From positions 1 to 55,394 of the IMG/VR virus record IMGVR_UViG_3300048813_000197: 55,394 nt of DNA; one strand, given 5' to 3'. Below are positions 11,501 through 18,325 of this stretch, piece after piece; position 1 is the first letter of the stretch, and every line of letters starts with the position of its first letter. The translations under genes were made by a program, and so were the position numbers. The notes beneath the pieces are model-generated. The model saw only the letters and a list, made by a program, of their open reading frames with translations, was not told the DNA's origin and searched no databases. The DNA comes from a virus. Taxonomy: Duplodnaviria > Caudoviricetes.

Positions 11501-12323
11501 CGGCGCGGGAGAAAGCATTCTTGCTGGTCGGATCGAAGATTTTCTGAAAGGTTTGCGAACCAGATACATTGGCGACCGGCGCTCCGAACGTCTTCGCTAT
11601 CTGCTGCTGGAATCCGACAGTTTGCAGAGCCTGAGCATCGCCTTGCGCCGCCCGATGCTCCAGCATCACCTGCGGGTCGAGTTCGGTTCCCTTGAACATC
11701 GCAGACATGCCGGGGGCGACTGGTATTCCCCCGAAAGAACCGCCGCTGCCAAACAGAACTTCGGCGGTACCACCAGCAATCTTCTTGGTTCTCCTCCACC
11801 ACGTCGGCTCATAAACCGGATCGGGAGGCTTCGTCGCTGGCTGCTGCGGAGCGGTCTGCAAATCCCATCGGTCATTTGCGTTGTATGCGGCATGCTTGGC
11901 CTGCTCGTCGGCGGCGTCGAGGTCTTTCAGATAACGGCGCTCGTCCGCTTCGTTCGCAAATGTCGTCGAGCCAATCGACATCATCGGCGCGATTGCGGCG
12001 ACGTGCGGGACTTTGGAGAACGGAACCTGCTTTACCTGGCCGTTGACCTTGATAGCATAAGTTCCCTCGCCCTTGCCGGTCTTGGGGTCTGGGGGATTGT
12101 CTTCGATCTTGGAAAGATTGTCGGCGGCGGGCGGGCGGGCGGGCTGCGCTGAGAACTTAGCGAGTTTTGAGTTGACGAGATCTGCGAACTTATCTTTGCG
12201 CCCACCTTCAATCTTCTTGAGCTTAGAGTTGACCAAATCCGCAAACGCATCTTTCCCGCCGCCGCTCGGAGGGGGAGCAACAGGGTTAGCCGTGGGTGAT
12301 GGAGCAGTGGCTTGGTCGGCCAT
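2529..12323 (-). CDS. giant internal virion/ejection polyvalent protein (ddrB-like ParB domain, HExxH zincin-like motif, Strawberry-notch-like SF2 helicase)
   Basis: 3264 aa; GPPILD..DVISGNRRA (ParB-like), TFIHEVTH, GPTGSGKT, FDESAE, YSSATP, GGIGASAHD, QGTGRTWRYG; last gene of the virion module. Confidence 0.85.
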   Translation of the reverse strand: MADQATAPSPTANPVAPPPSGGGKDAFADLVNSKLKKIEGGRKDKFADLVNSKLAKFSAQPARPPAADNLSKIEDNPPDPKTGKGEGTYAIKVNGQVKQVPFSKVPHVAAIAPMMSIGSTTFANEADERRYLKDLDAADEQAKHAAYNANDRWDLQTAPQQPATKPPDPVYEPTWWRRTKKIAGGTAEVLFGSGGSFGGIPVAPGMSAMFKGTELDPQVMLEHRAAQGDAQALQTVGFQQQIAKTFGAPVANVSGSQTFQKIFDPTSKNAFSRAVTGFTKSVEGMTSIDNLYSLASIYTMPESIAAPMGLRFQADLATSGVEGVAGATAASVSSDSKEGDAPEAWGSLLGNVAVIAGMHYAEHGARTAIENFKERDNTAILNDKAQSAYKKKFSDLTSEQKASVLYEAVEDANPRFKARVTQEAARIRAKEKKSRVGAIDPRAVEAGAAAAEPTTEEVRQQRLQAAKNLTRQIVERQAREEAYKQDALRRETAARQQQEELQRQQEEESRKQATEYAARKAAEEKPSTEQERGFGVVEGRTSKNVSPGGTHWTTERESGQRYDPEHPEAGGVPIVDRRATAGETAERTAQVTAAEAKVQELTEQQMGQSFSSLPVYRQKVAAEWLEKSHPEQWESFKQTPAYEQHVVDAKHADRLDATLKPFLDRTETGDQEQLAPGADLFAGTAKLIISRLNIENTLKADPATSKDLNEHTEKFFGRSFDSLDTERRISALAEYLRAKPAKLDAFVTTDIRERMQSGQHIDLANMGAENLAQHRGELRMAQRDATRQAMDMDVADRLVAEERTDHQKEMTQALYDSLSSKLPSLEALYRVSKGLTEQASKMGFGQVNNFEDLFKIERDAQSLPARVRTPAVNEFLTRMRQVRFAAEEHILKALAEATAAKFREDAEGTRESAVKQVVHFSSQAADLQQAADDLRAQGQTQAANTAQQAADLNTRKADAVVAGAESVQNPAPAPQPKFAGKISVGRETRVVSHGNGAELQAHYALMEASDVRTSHMPFTYEEREGYNQKGQPRNYKTSKNAQARVEAIGTNPDPDQVLDNGVSATTGPPILDQKADVISGNRRALGLLTAIRKSPDKFANYVKELHARAMLFGIDPAEVLKYEHPVLVKVLDNPIESDIEWSRLGTELNRGPEGGMSDEEQGEAMKRLLTPEFTERLSGIVNSMDIFSSKGAKTVREAMRERSAEISQLLQDARIIPPTKIEEYVSKDGELKEKAKDLFENMLAGLTVTDAAVLDKASDSVKDKLTRAGLFFVGMQNAGENWNLASMNTDAVRLANRARNQSSYLEHFQRLEPKPAAEETESHIERMLHPERFRLTQTMLGFDDQPTHKPPLPAVEALAMALEESPRAYATMMARFAEKANGAQGTLYGAEHPADVFTNEIASRYGLKVIPEEWGAVTPLPEVVKAAIEDGRGPLPVEPAVHAETAIADVTPDPESVTQVIPEGPRTLQELRKVLETHPNLTPEQAEAATQYLEHILPRALGVSAEELMGNRRLNFAVGGKEENYRGYMEMIDEATGVIRLLDSADISTFIHEVTHYIRKFMKPEFQKIANDFVGAKPGEEWTDAQEEMFSKANERYHVDGGIRRGKLEKVFAVLSRAMQSIYNQATNLKLAKGSPALTAMFDHWYDWTRAERKPITARIDVDELAEGAKGEWPANLKSIDFSPREVSSNGQKFVFTDKEAADEFLGDKKNGVKAWRMYKEPGKDTIYMLADAKKGKKLYQPSLNETIELAKKARDLETQLKREQDPRRQALLRGQLNGIEDKLRGATGIIGGSSEPKDTSVIQLVHGISERPTMNEPTTPAQAVTAQQAHGDPTAIALGGDRGKSGRVPDGPATDGQKAVDRVPEQRGEADREPAAGKGKGTAIAKPDSNPLAGVKAAKLKAPEVPRGTPVVDPAKWREHVEALGLPTGTPPPTVRISPDVRQLMIYPGQSEAIEGALSALQQFDGTILAGPTGSGKTWMLSAIADHLLGTGGDKVGLIVTRSQNLIEGDDGYRETARKLGVDVDMLPSKMSDLQTGMYAATYATIRGNKGVLSIPWDFVLFDESAEARNWTDSEQGKAVVMLGHAAKKVVYSSATPHSTVMELGYMHKLGLWPKGGFTEWAKQFGLVEVGPNTYSGGASAGKLEKLRQQLVERGQWQTLHKDMDGVEAHVALVPQTEEVRTGVRNIRKAFSMAMEGFKKAGMSKYLTPTAGHEAIYLKRFIEGARLKDAIDLGKKAIADGWKPVFFSEYRSPADEGMDFFHNLPGDMGAQINKLLPPLPDVVGAMRDAFGDKVGIFAGEHNELRAEQLDDFMAGSKDALYMTYSAGGIGASAHDKVGDRPRMGVFLGLPWGGIMFEQGTGRTWRYGAKSNVANVFLTSDTLPEMKVLATKILPRMRALKAAVFGEKIESRLSKNLRESVGIPEEMLQYEQGEEVKPQSAEWEQDGEGASYTHIKDLELPKAKDAKNKGMKYKGQGRKLYQGPREEDLDPWQKAAHEAWADLLTRTKELPAPAARAITANEGIIKLEATEAGRRAMGSGEPVKAATERKTRDMENEALIWMDDMKDNARAASYFVRSNIWMFGTSGDCAVEKIFRENKLPKEGAELKRRMIDYDLKSGNYRGEFGGMVAKIIFENKLRPPEHELVTKIIEGKTTSDDPRINKAVAEYRKFFATVRQRLADAGLAVVIYEGGKRKEVPFSKIEEDPNYWPRMYDWNRKFVVKGEGGKPEVTSLGDIMKMPKGSERREKLIDKIAEQRGISKSQAQAFFDRNSSGIRLAGNIERAREFDIPMYGRDRQAIERYVNEVAEKLAATEVHGQFRQKTDPLIDNLPNERDRKLVSSIITSDLKPARLHDSDRFFLRQANRWLVLSKMSLSVLKLPFHLAKTSLATNTRSVARAILQGTISPVEVRRNAVDCGAMTNYMRQAWMREYGMRTGGLDQKMLDFNGFTAMMYISRAIAAGAGRLWLEKYAYPELAKDPKNPMLRRKLTDLYGFTDEELDNLAAKGYGPATVKKIELGAANWTTGSGRPSELPPALRGTSGEPLYDRLTTLLRISQSLHGFMFKTANLVNRTVWQELYHADWKSPAPYQLIARFGANFGIAGWALQEMLHLRHQMSGSSEAEIEKRRREWLAAHPASKEALFTAMADVSMGMGVEVLTQFFNEVATHDPKDKQKLVQQNRVINAATDMFVGVAARDAYNAVKAVKDYQSTFYDTGPHKETPEERRTKIAEQLANEEVPLSRYAVTPHKVVPVRHGRRRKLAGVM

Positions 12324-14086
12324 TACTTGATACTACCGCCTTGCGCCTTGAATTCTGGATCATCGGCTAATTGTTTTGCCTCGGCATCCGTCAGAGTCAC
12401 CGTGCCATGAAACTGTCCGTGCTGGTATACCTTGCGGGGTTTCGGTTGATCGCCACCCGCCTGCCCCGGAGACGAGGCCGGGGCTGCGGGCGTAGCACCG
12501 GCCTGCGGCGATTCAGGCGTCTTGGTGCTTCCTGCTGGCGCTGCCGCCGGGCCAAACAGCGGCTGCATCCGACTCATGGCCGCGCGCCGGGCCTGGGGGG
12601 ATAGCGCCGTTTCCTTTGAGCCACTCATCACGGCTCGAATCTGTGTCTGGAGGTCGCGCTCCAGATTCTTCAATCCGGCTTCGTCCACGCCGCCAGAATA
12701 CTTACCGTCCGCGCCCGGCTTGCCGAGGTCGGACTTCGAGTGATACTGGTAGCCGTTGTCGCCCTGGCCCACGATATTCGCCAACGCATCGTCCAGCGTC
12801 TTCATGTCCTTGTACTGCGGCAGATTCCGCAGCCGGTCGATGGCCGCAGAGAGCACATCATTGTCGAATTGCTTCGGCTCGGCAATGGCGTCATGCGCGA
12901 TGGACCCGGACTGCTCCTGATTCGCGCCTTCGACTTTCCGCCGGACAAGGGCATCGCGCTCGTCGTCGGAAAGATTCGGAGAGTGTTCCTTGTAGTAGTC
13001 GTCCCACTTTTTGTAATTCTTATCCGCGCCCGATCCCGCTCCGCCACTTCTCCCGCGAGGCTCGTATGTAGCCTGCGACGGCCGCAAAATCTCCGGTGGT
13101 CCACCGTCTTCGGGAAACTGGATAATCTCACCAGTCCTCGTCACCTGGGTCTTGAGGTGCGGGTCAATCTTGTACCCGGCGCCGCGCAGCACTTCCTTAT
13201 CCTGATCGGTGAACTGATATTTTGGATCCGCTTCCGACTTCCGGATAATGGCGTCTGCCGCAACTTTAGCTTCGTCCCCCGGCTTACGCGGCTCGATCTG
13301 CTGTTGCGCCTGGTTGTACTGCTCCCACATGGCCGATGTCCACTGGCTCTGCGGGGTCTTGTTGAGGTCGTCGATTTTCTGCTGAGCGTCGAGTTGAGCT
13401 TGCTGATGAGTGAGTTGCTGGCCCTGCTGGCCGGCAGCCGTAACCTCGTTCTGCGCTCCTTGCGTCCGCGCTGTTCTCGCGGCCTGAGCTTCCGGCGTGT
13501 AAAACTGCTTCACCTGCCAGAGCACTGGCGGCCCAAGTTTCTTCTGAAGCGCGAGTCCTGCCGCAGCCTTAACCTTTGGATCTGGACTCTGCAAATCCTG
13601 CATCAACTGTTGCTGTTGTTGCTGCGGAGATGGCGGCGGCTGATCAGCCTGCTTCTTGTTCGACTTCTTTGGTTTTCCGCCATCTGGCCCATTGACTACC
13701 TTGTCGCGCCAGTCCTGCAGTGCACCCCATGATCCATTTACCGCCGATACAGCCGTCGTGTATTCGTCGCTATTCGGGTCAGTTCCCGATTGCGCCAGAC
13801 TGTAAAGTCGCTGCGCATCCTGCTCATAGGAGGCATGGAGGTTGTCGGTTTTTTCCTGGAACTGTTTTGTGACGTTCGCCGCATGCTGAGCCTTGCCCTG
13901 CATGTATCCGCGGAACACGTTGTCGAGAACTCCAGCAACATTTCCCAGTTTCGTATTTGGAGCGCCTGTGAATTGAAATGGCGGATTTTGTGGCGCTATT
14001 GGAGCCGGATTTGGTGCCGCAACCGGAGGTGCTTCGTATGGCTGATACGGTTGTTCCGCTGTCGGGTTGTAAGTGCTTGATGGCAT
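12323..14086 (-). CDS. internal virion (ejection) protein
   Basis: 587 aa Q/A/P-rich helical protein in ejection-gene position; TAATG coupling to the giant ORF. Confidence 0.7.
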   Translation of the reverse strand: MPSSTYNPTAEQPYQPYEAPPVAAPNPAPIAPQNPPFQFTGAPNTKLGNVAGVLDNVFRGYMQGKAQHAANVTKQFQEKTDNLHASYEQDAQRLYSLAQSGTDPNSDEYTTAVSAVNGSWGALQDWRDKVVNGPDGGKPKKSNKKQADQPPPSPQQQQQQLMQDLQSPDPKVKAAAGLALQKKLGPPVLWQVKQFYTPEAQAARTARTQGAQNEVTAAGQQGQQLTHQQAQLDAQQKIDDLNKTPQSQWTSAMWEQYNQAQQQIEPRKPGDEAKVAADAIIRKSEADPKYQFTDQDKEVLRGAGYKIDPHLKTQVTRTGEIIQFPEDGGPPEILRPSQATYEPRGRSGGAGSGADKNYKKWDDYYKEHSPNLSDDERDALVRRKVEGANQEQSGSIAHDAIAEPKQFDNDVLSAAIDRLRNLPQYKDMKTLDDALANIVGQGDNGYQYHSKSDLGKPGADGKYSGGVDEAGLKNLERDLQTQIRAVMSGSKETALSPQARRAAMSRMQPLFGPAAAPAGSTKTPESPQAGATPAAPASSPGQAGGDQPKPRKVYQHGQFHGTVTLTDAEAKQLADDPEFKAQGGSIK

Positions 14087-14094
14087 CTCGTCTC

Positions 14095-14703
14095 CTAAAG
14101 TGCGAACAGTGCGCCGAGGCTACCTGCCGACCCTGCAGCGCTGAAGATGTCGCCACCGAGGCTGCTCAGAGCCCCCAACTGCTGCCCTTTAGCCTGCTGT
14201 TGAACCTGATACTGCTGCATCTGAAGACCGCCAAGCGAAGTAAGGGCGCTATTCGCGGAATTCAATCCAGAGATACCAGTGCCAGCCGCTGAAATCGATT
14301 CGCCGGTTCCTTGACCCGCGAGAGATGCGAGTGCATTGTAGCTACCGCTAACCGCGCCAGATGAGACTTGTCCCACTTGAGCGCCCTGCGAAACATCCGC
14401 CTGCTCCAAAGCAAGATTCTTCTCACCGCCGGACGGAGCGTTATTCATGATGTTCTGCTTCGCGCCCGCTGTCGCTTGTGCAATCTGTTGGGTTTGCGGG
14501 GCTACTGCGCGCGCAATAGCATAGGGGTCGCCCGAGGCGAGCGTGCCGTAAAAGTTCTCCGCCGACTGAAATCCCGGGTTTGCCTCATTGAACAAAGTTT
14601 GCGAATTCTGGTTTTGAGATTGAGCGATTGAGACAAGCGCATCTTCGTTCTGCTGGAGTCCAGAGGTAACAGTAGGCGTAAGCCCAGCATTCGATTTTCC
14701 CAC
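14095..14703 (-). CDS. DNA transfer/pilot protein (P22 gp7-like composition)
   Basis: G/A/Q/S rich with glycine-rich hydrophobic C-terminus; position. Confidence 0.7.
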   Translation of the reverse strand: MGKSNAGLTPTVTSGLQQNEDALVSIAQSQNQNSQTLFNEANPGFQSAENFYGTLASGDPYAIARAVAPQTQQIAQATAGAKQNIMNNAPSGGEKNLALEQADVSQGAQVGQVSSGAVSGSYNALASLAGQGTGESISAAGTGISGLNSANSALTSLGGLQMQQYQVQQQAKGQQLGALSSLGGDIFSAAGSAGSLGALFAL

Positions 14704-14729
14704 GGCGCACCTCTACGCGCCCGATTATA
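14704..14729 (-). promoter_or_regulatory. -10 element and RBS-occluding hairpin for ejection genes
   Basis: Perfect TATAAT, then GGCGCG-TAGAGG-TGCGCC immediately before GTG. Confidence 0.5.
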
Positions 14730-14771
14730 GCGGGAAAGTCTGGGAACGGAAGGGGTTTGCGGGAGGGAAAT

Positions 14772-15245
14772 TCAGGCGCGCCCGATCATCCTCGCGAAGT
14801 GGTAGTCGTTTAACGGATCGTCCAGCACAAGCCGCGAAGCCCGGTACCAGCCATTGAATTCTCTCGCCAGATAGCGTTCATTGATGAGAACCACCTCGTC
14901 GGTAAGCGCATCATTCCCGAACCAGGTAGCCCCATTGAACAGGAATCCACAATTAAACTTGCTGCGGGAGCACTCTACTCTTACCCGCTGATTCCAAATA
15001 ATGTTCGCCCATACACGCCCGACCACCCGATATGGGGACATGATGAATCCCGGCCTCATATTGCCGTACCAGAGCGTTCCGTAAGCTCTGTGCGCAGTGG
15101 TGATGATCGCGTCGTTGTCGTCGAACTCTGTGAGGTGTTGACCAAAGAATTCGTGGTTGATTGCGGGCTTTGCTGCGGCTGCGGCTGGCAGCGCCAATGC
15201 TGCTCCGACCGCGACGAGCGACTTTCCGAAGTCTCTGCGATTCAT
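14772..15245 (-). CDS. Tat-signal peptide fused to a major-capsid A-domain-like fragment
   Basis: MNRRDFGKSLVAVGAALALPAAAAA; AYGTLWYGNMRPGFI...NQRV...FN...NERYL aligns with capsid residues ~188-272. Confidence 0.7.
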   Translation of the reverse strand: MNRRDFGKSLVAVGAALALPAAAAAKPAINHEFFGQHLTEFDDNDAIITTAHRAYGTLWYGNMRPGFIMSPYRVVGRVWANIIWNQRVRVECSRSKFNCGFLFNGATWFGNDALTDEVVLINERYLAREFNGWYRASRLVLDDPLNDYHFARMIGRA

Positions 15246-15252
15246 ACCCACC

Positions 15253-15993
15253 TCACATCCAATTCAACGGCAAATACGGCTGCTCTTCCTTTGCCGGCTC
15301 AACTTCCGTGATAGTCAACTTCTCTTCCGGTTCTGGCTCGAATGGCTTAGCCTTCCGCCACTCATTCACCAGGAACTCACTGACCACTTCCTCAAAATCC
15401 GCCCTCAACAGCGCCGAGACCACCATCGGAACCAGTTTAGTCCCGCGCAACTGGAAGCAGGGGATCTGGCCGCAGTCGTTGAAGCCGAACCGGGACATGA
15501 ACTTTGCGGTCAAGACGTTATCGATGTACCTATTTCCGATCACGCATTGAAGGTCAAACTCCTTGAACAGATAAGCCAACCCGAGCATGGTCAGAATCGC
15601 TTGGTCTTCCGAACCCCAGGCACTCGAAAAAAAGGCGTAGCCGCAGATGAGCGACTTCTCCGTATTCGGCCCACCCATTGAAACCGTCGAGAACGCGAAG
15701 CCGAGCTCGACAAACTCCTCGTCCACCCATTTGCCGAGAATCAACAGGACCGGCCGCGAAGCGAGATAGGTGACGACTGAATTGAAGTCCGAGGCTGGGT
15801 TGCCGCCGAACGTCGCGGAGAGAATTCCGTCTCCAGACCGTCTTTTGGATTCTCTGCATCGACGATACAGATGCGCAAGGAATTCTTCGTCGAACAAGTC
15901 GCGGCGGTTGCGATCATAACGTATGACCTGCAAATCACCCCATCTATACTCGTCTTCTTTTAAGGCGCCGAGAACATCAATTTCTTCACTCAC
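15253..15993 (-). CDS. GNAT (RimJ/RimL-like) acetyltransferase
   Basis: LGLAYLFKEFDLQCVIG...NVLTAKFMSRFGF..CG; GNAT genes commonly neighbour podovirus internal protein genes; start reassigned to GTG 15993. Confidence 0.7.
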   Translation of the reverse strand: MSEEIDVLGALKEDEYRWGDLQVIRYDRNRRDLFDEEFLAHLYRRCRESKRRSGDGILSATFGGNPASDFNSVVTYLASRPVLLILGKWVDEEFVELGFAFSTVSMGGPNTEKSLICGYAFFSSAWGSEDQAILTMLGLAYLFKEFDLQCVIGNRYIDNVLTAKFMSRFGFNDCGQIPCFQLRGTKLVPMVVSALLRADFEEVVSEFLVNEWRKAKPFEPEPEEKLTITEVEPAKEEQPYLPLNWM

Positions 15994-16038
15994 GCTTGCA
16001 AGTATACACTTCCAAATCATGCTTGCAAGGAGTAAAAT
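15994..16038. promoter_or_regulatory. overlapping divergent promoters with two CTTGCAAG palindromes
   Basis: Minus: TTGCAA-16-TATACT-7-GTG; plus: TTCCAA-17-TAAAAT. Confidence 0.6.
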
Positions 16039-16091
16039 AGAGGGGTCGGGTGTTGAAGCACCTGGCCTTATTGCTACTGGAGGTAGCGACC

Positions 16092-16796
16092 ATGACCCCT
16101 CACGAAATCAGTTTAGCACCATGCCGATGCGGTGATCCTAACTGCATAACCCCGTTCGGATATTGCCATTGCGGATGCAACCGGAAGACCATCGTCTCCA
16201 TAAGGAACAGCACAATCCACCGCAAGAAAAAGGGATTCCCGCTTTTCTTTATCAACGGGCATAACGGCGTAAAACCGCGCCCGGCGATAACACAACCGAG
16301 TGATCTATATATAAGACTTATTGCTTTGACTCGGGGCCAAGTGGCGCGTGTCGATACTGCCGAATACGAGCGCATCAATCAATACCATTGGCGGGCGCAA
16401 TGGAGTGAGGATATGCATTCATATTACGCAGTGCGGAGTGTGATCGTTAACGGTAAAGAATCTGTGATTATGATGCAGGGCGATGTTCTCCCTGCTCCGG
16501 ATGGATACGTCACAGATCATATCAGTCGAGACACACTGGATAACCGCAAGATCAATCTTCGTTATGCCACTAATTCCCAGAACGGTATGAATGCAAAGAA
16601 GCGATCAAATAACACCAGCGGGCATACGGGGGTTTCTAAAAATAAAAAAGATGGATTATGGTGGGCCTCAATACGATGCGAGGGGGAATTGATCCATCTT
16701 GGCCGATTCATTCTCATTGAAGATGCCATAGATGCGAGGCATAAAAAAGAAATCGAACTATTTGGGGAGTTTAGTCGCATCCATAGAGACCAGTAG
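16092..16796 (+). CDS. HNH-AP2 homing endonuclease
   Basis: TDHISRDTLDNRKINLR, NNTSGHTGV, WWASI..HLGRF...DA. Confidence 0.9.
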   Translation: MTPHEISLAPCRCGDPNCITPFGYCHCGCNRKTIVSIRNSTIHRKKKGFPLFFINGHNGVKPRPAITQPSDLYIRLIALTRGQVARVDTAEYERINQYHWRAQWSEDMHSYYAVRSVIVNGKESVIMMQGDVLPAPDGYVTDHISRDTLDNRKINLRYATNSQNGMNAKKRSNNTSGHTGVSKNKKDGLWWASIRCEGELIHLGRFILIEDAIDARHKKEIELFGEFSRIHRDQ

Positions 16797-17099
16797 ATTA
16801 GAGATACGGAGGAGTCCATACACCACCATCGCCTTCGGACCTTCCTTGACCAGGGCCGTGCAGGGCTTGACGCGCATCCACGGCAAAGGGTGTTCAATCG
16901 TCATTCGGTCCATACGGTCCATCTGCCATAGGATAGTCGCGCGCCATGAGTATTCGCGATCCCAGCCATAATTCGGCGTCCGCCACCTGCCAGTCCCGAA
17001 TTGAACCTGTCCGCCAACTTCCACCTTGTAGCTGCCATGCGGATAGAGCGCGGTCGGCGCTTGGAAGTATTCGCGGACTTCGACGAGTTCGGGGTTCAT
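16758..17099 (-). CDS. portal-fragment-like small protein
   Basis: VEVREYF..YPHGSYKVEVGGQV vs portal YPRGRFLIVAGGKV; ATGA coupling to upstream ORF. Confidence 0.55.
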   Translation of the reverse strand: MNPELVEVREYFQAPTALYPHGSYKVEVGGQVQFGTGRWRTPNYGWDREYSWRATILWQMDRMDRMTIEHPLPWMRVKPCTALVKEGPKAMVVYGLLRISNLLVSMDATKLPK

Positions 17100-17497
17100 C
17101 GGCTATGCACATCCATGCACATCGGCGTTCCAACTCCGCCGAGGAAATTCAGTAGCGTCAATGCCGGATCCTTTCTCTCCGCCGCACTGGGCCAGACTTC
17201 ATCAGTTACCCAGCATCGCGGACGGCCCACTACGCCGGTTTGCCTGCGGAGATAGCCTAAAGTCAGAATGACCGGCTGCTCGTCTTCGGGGTACAGATGT
17301 CGATACTTGTCCGCCGTAAGCGCCATCGTGTTGCTGTTACACACGACGATGTAGCAGAATCCCGAAGCGTACTCGTGCACGAACTCCAACAGCGCCGTCG
17401 TCTTGCCAGTCTGGCGGCCACGAGTGACAACCTTACCCTTGCCTAGTTCGGCTTTGATGGAGTCGATGGAGGTGCGCATGTCGGTTGTTGTGCTCAT
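17096..17497 (-). CDS. minimal terminase-like P-loop ATPase
   Basis: RGRQTGKTT (Walker A), CWVTDE (Walker B), VGTP (motif III) in 133 aa; ATGA overlaps at both ends. Confidence 0.7.
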   Translation of the reverse strand: MSTTTDMRTSIDSIKAELGKGKVVTRGRQTGKTTALLEFVHEYASGFCYIVVCNSNTMALTADKYRHLYPEDEQPVILTLGYLRRQTGVVGRPRCWVTDEVWPSAAERKDPALTLLNFLGGVGTPMCMDVHSR

Positions 17498-17697
17498 CGC
17501 GGCCACTTCCTCGCATCCCACACTGATTCATCGAACTTGGCAAAAGATCGAAAGTCGCAGCCTTGACAACTGACAACTTTTCTTATCTCTGCGGCTATCT
17601 CGAAGTCGCCATCTAGCCTCCATGAGACACCGCATAGATAGCAAACCGGGTGCTTGCGCAGATCTATCGGCTCGTGATTGTTGTGCGGTCTGCTCAT
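17494..17697 (-). CDS. small Zn-finger protein
   Basis: CYLC, CQGC; ATGA coupling. Confidence 0.65.
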   Translation of the reverse strand: MSRPHNNHEPIDLRKHPVCYLCGVSWRLDGDFEIAAEIRKVVSCQGCDFRSFAKFDESVWDARKWPR

Positions 17698-18119
17698 CTT
17701 GCAATCCCCGCCGCCGTCCAAACCGCCCCGCCAATCAGCAGAACGATCGACGAGAAGCCCAAGGCCAGCACCAGAGAGTATTTGCCGACGGTGTAGTTGG
17801 AGTTGCCCGGCGGAGTCGCCATGGAGACCATGAAGGCCTCGTAGAAGAACGCCAGAAAGCCGCAGAACAGCAGCGCATTGATCGCCGCCAACAGGAACAT
17901 CGCCGCAGGCCAGAGAGTCGGCGAGTAGTCATAGGCCCAGGTCGCGCCGAAGATGCCGAGCAGAACCTGAAAGTAGCCGAAAACTGAATAGCAGATCAGG
18001 TGAGGGAAGAAAGTCCCCTTGCCGCACGGGTCCATTCTGTAGGGACCGGCTGGCAGACCGAGGCGGAAGATGATCCAGAGGATTAGAGGCAGCGCGGTTG
18101 CTGCTTCGATGATGAGCAT
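17694..18119 (-). CDS. four-TM membrane protein
   Basis: Four hydrophobic segments; RBS AAGGA. Confidence 0.7.
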   Translation of the reverse strand: MLIIEAATALPLILWIIFRLGLPAGPYRMDPCGKGTFFPHLICYSVFGYFQVLLGIFGATWAYDYSPTLWPAAMFLLAAINALLFCGFLAFFYEAFMVSMATPPGNSNYTVGKYSLVLALGFSSIVLLIGGAVWTAAGIAR

Positions 18120-18325
18120 TTCAATTTCCTTTCCTTCATGGCAACCAGATCGCCGCCGGTCGCCAGCATGAGTTGTTCGTCGATGGTGCGATGCGCCTTG
18201 ACCGCCTCCTGATGAAGACTTCTCCAGAATTCCAAAGGTGCATCTGCGTATTCAGGAAATTCCAACTGGAGACGGGCAAGGTGCGAGATGCCAACGGTGC
18301 GTGGTTTGAGGATCAGCGATTCCAC
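18083..18325 (-). CDS. small protein with TerL Walker A-like N-terminus
   Basis: LILKPRTVGIS vs TerL IVLKPRQTGIS; TAGTG coupling. Confidence 0.55.
   Translation of the reverse strand: MESLILKPRTVGISHLARLQLEFPEYADAPLEFWRSLHQEAVKAHRTIDEQLMLATGGDLVAMKERKLKCSSSKQQPRCL

Noticed and set aside
2562-14292. Many 60-330 aa plus-strand ORFs
   Set aside because: Antisense shadows of long GC-rich genes with no motifs
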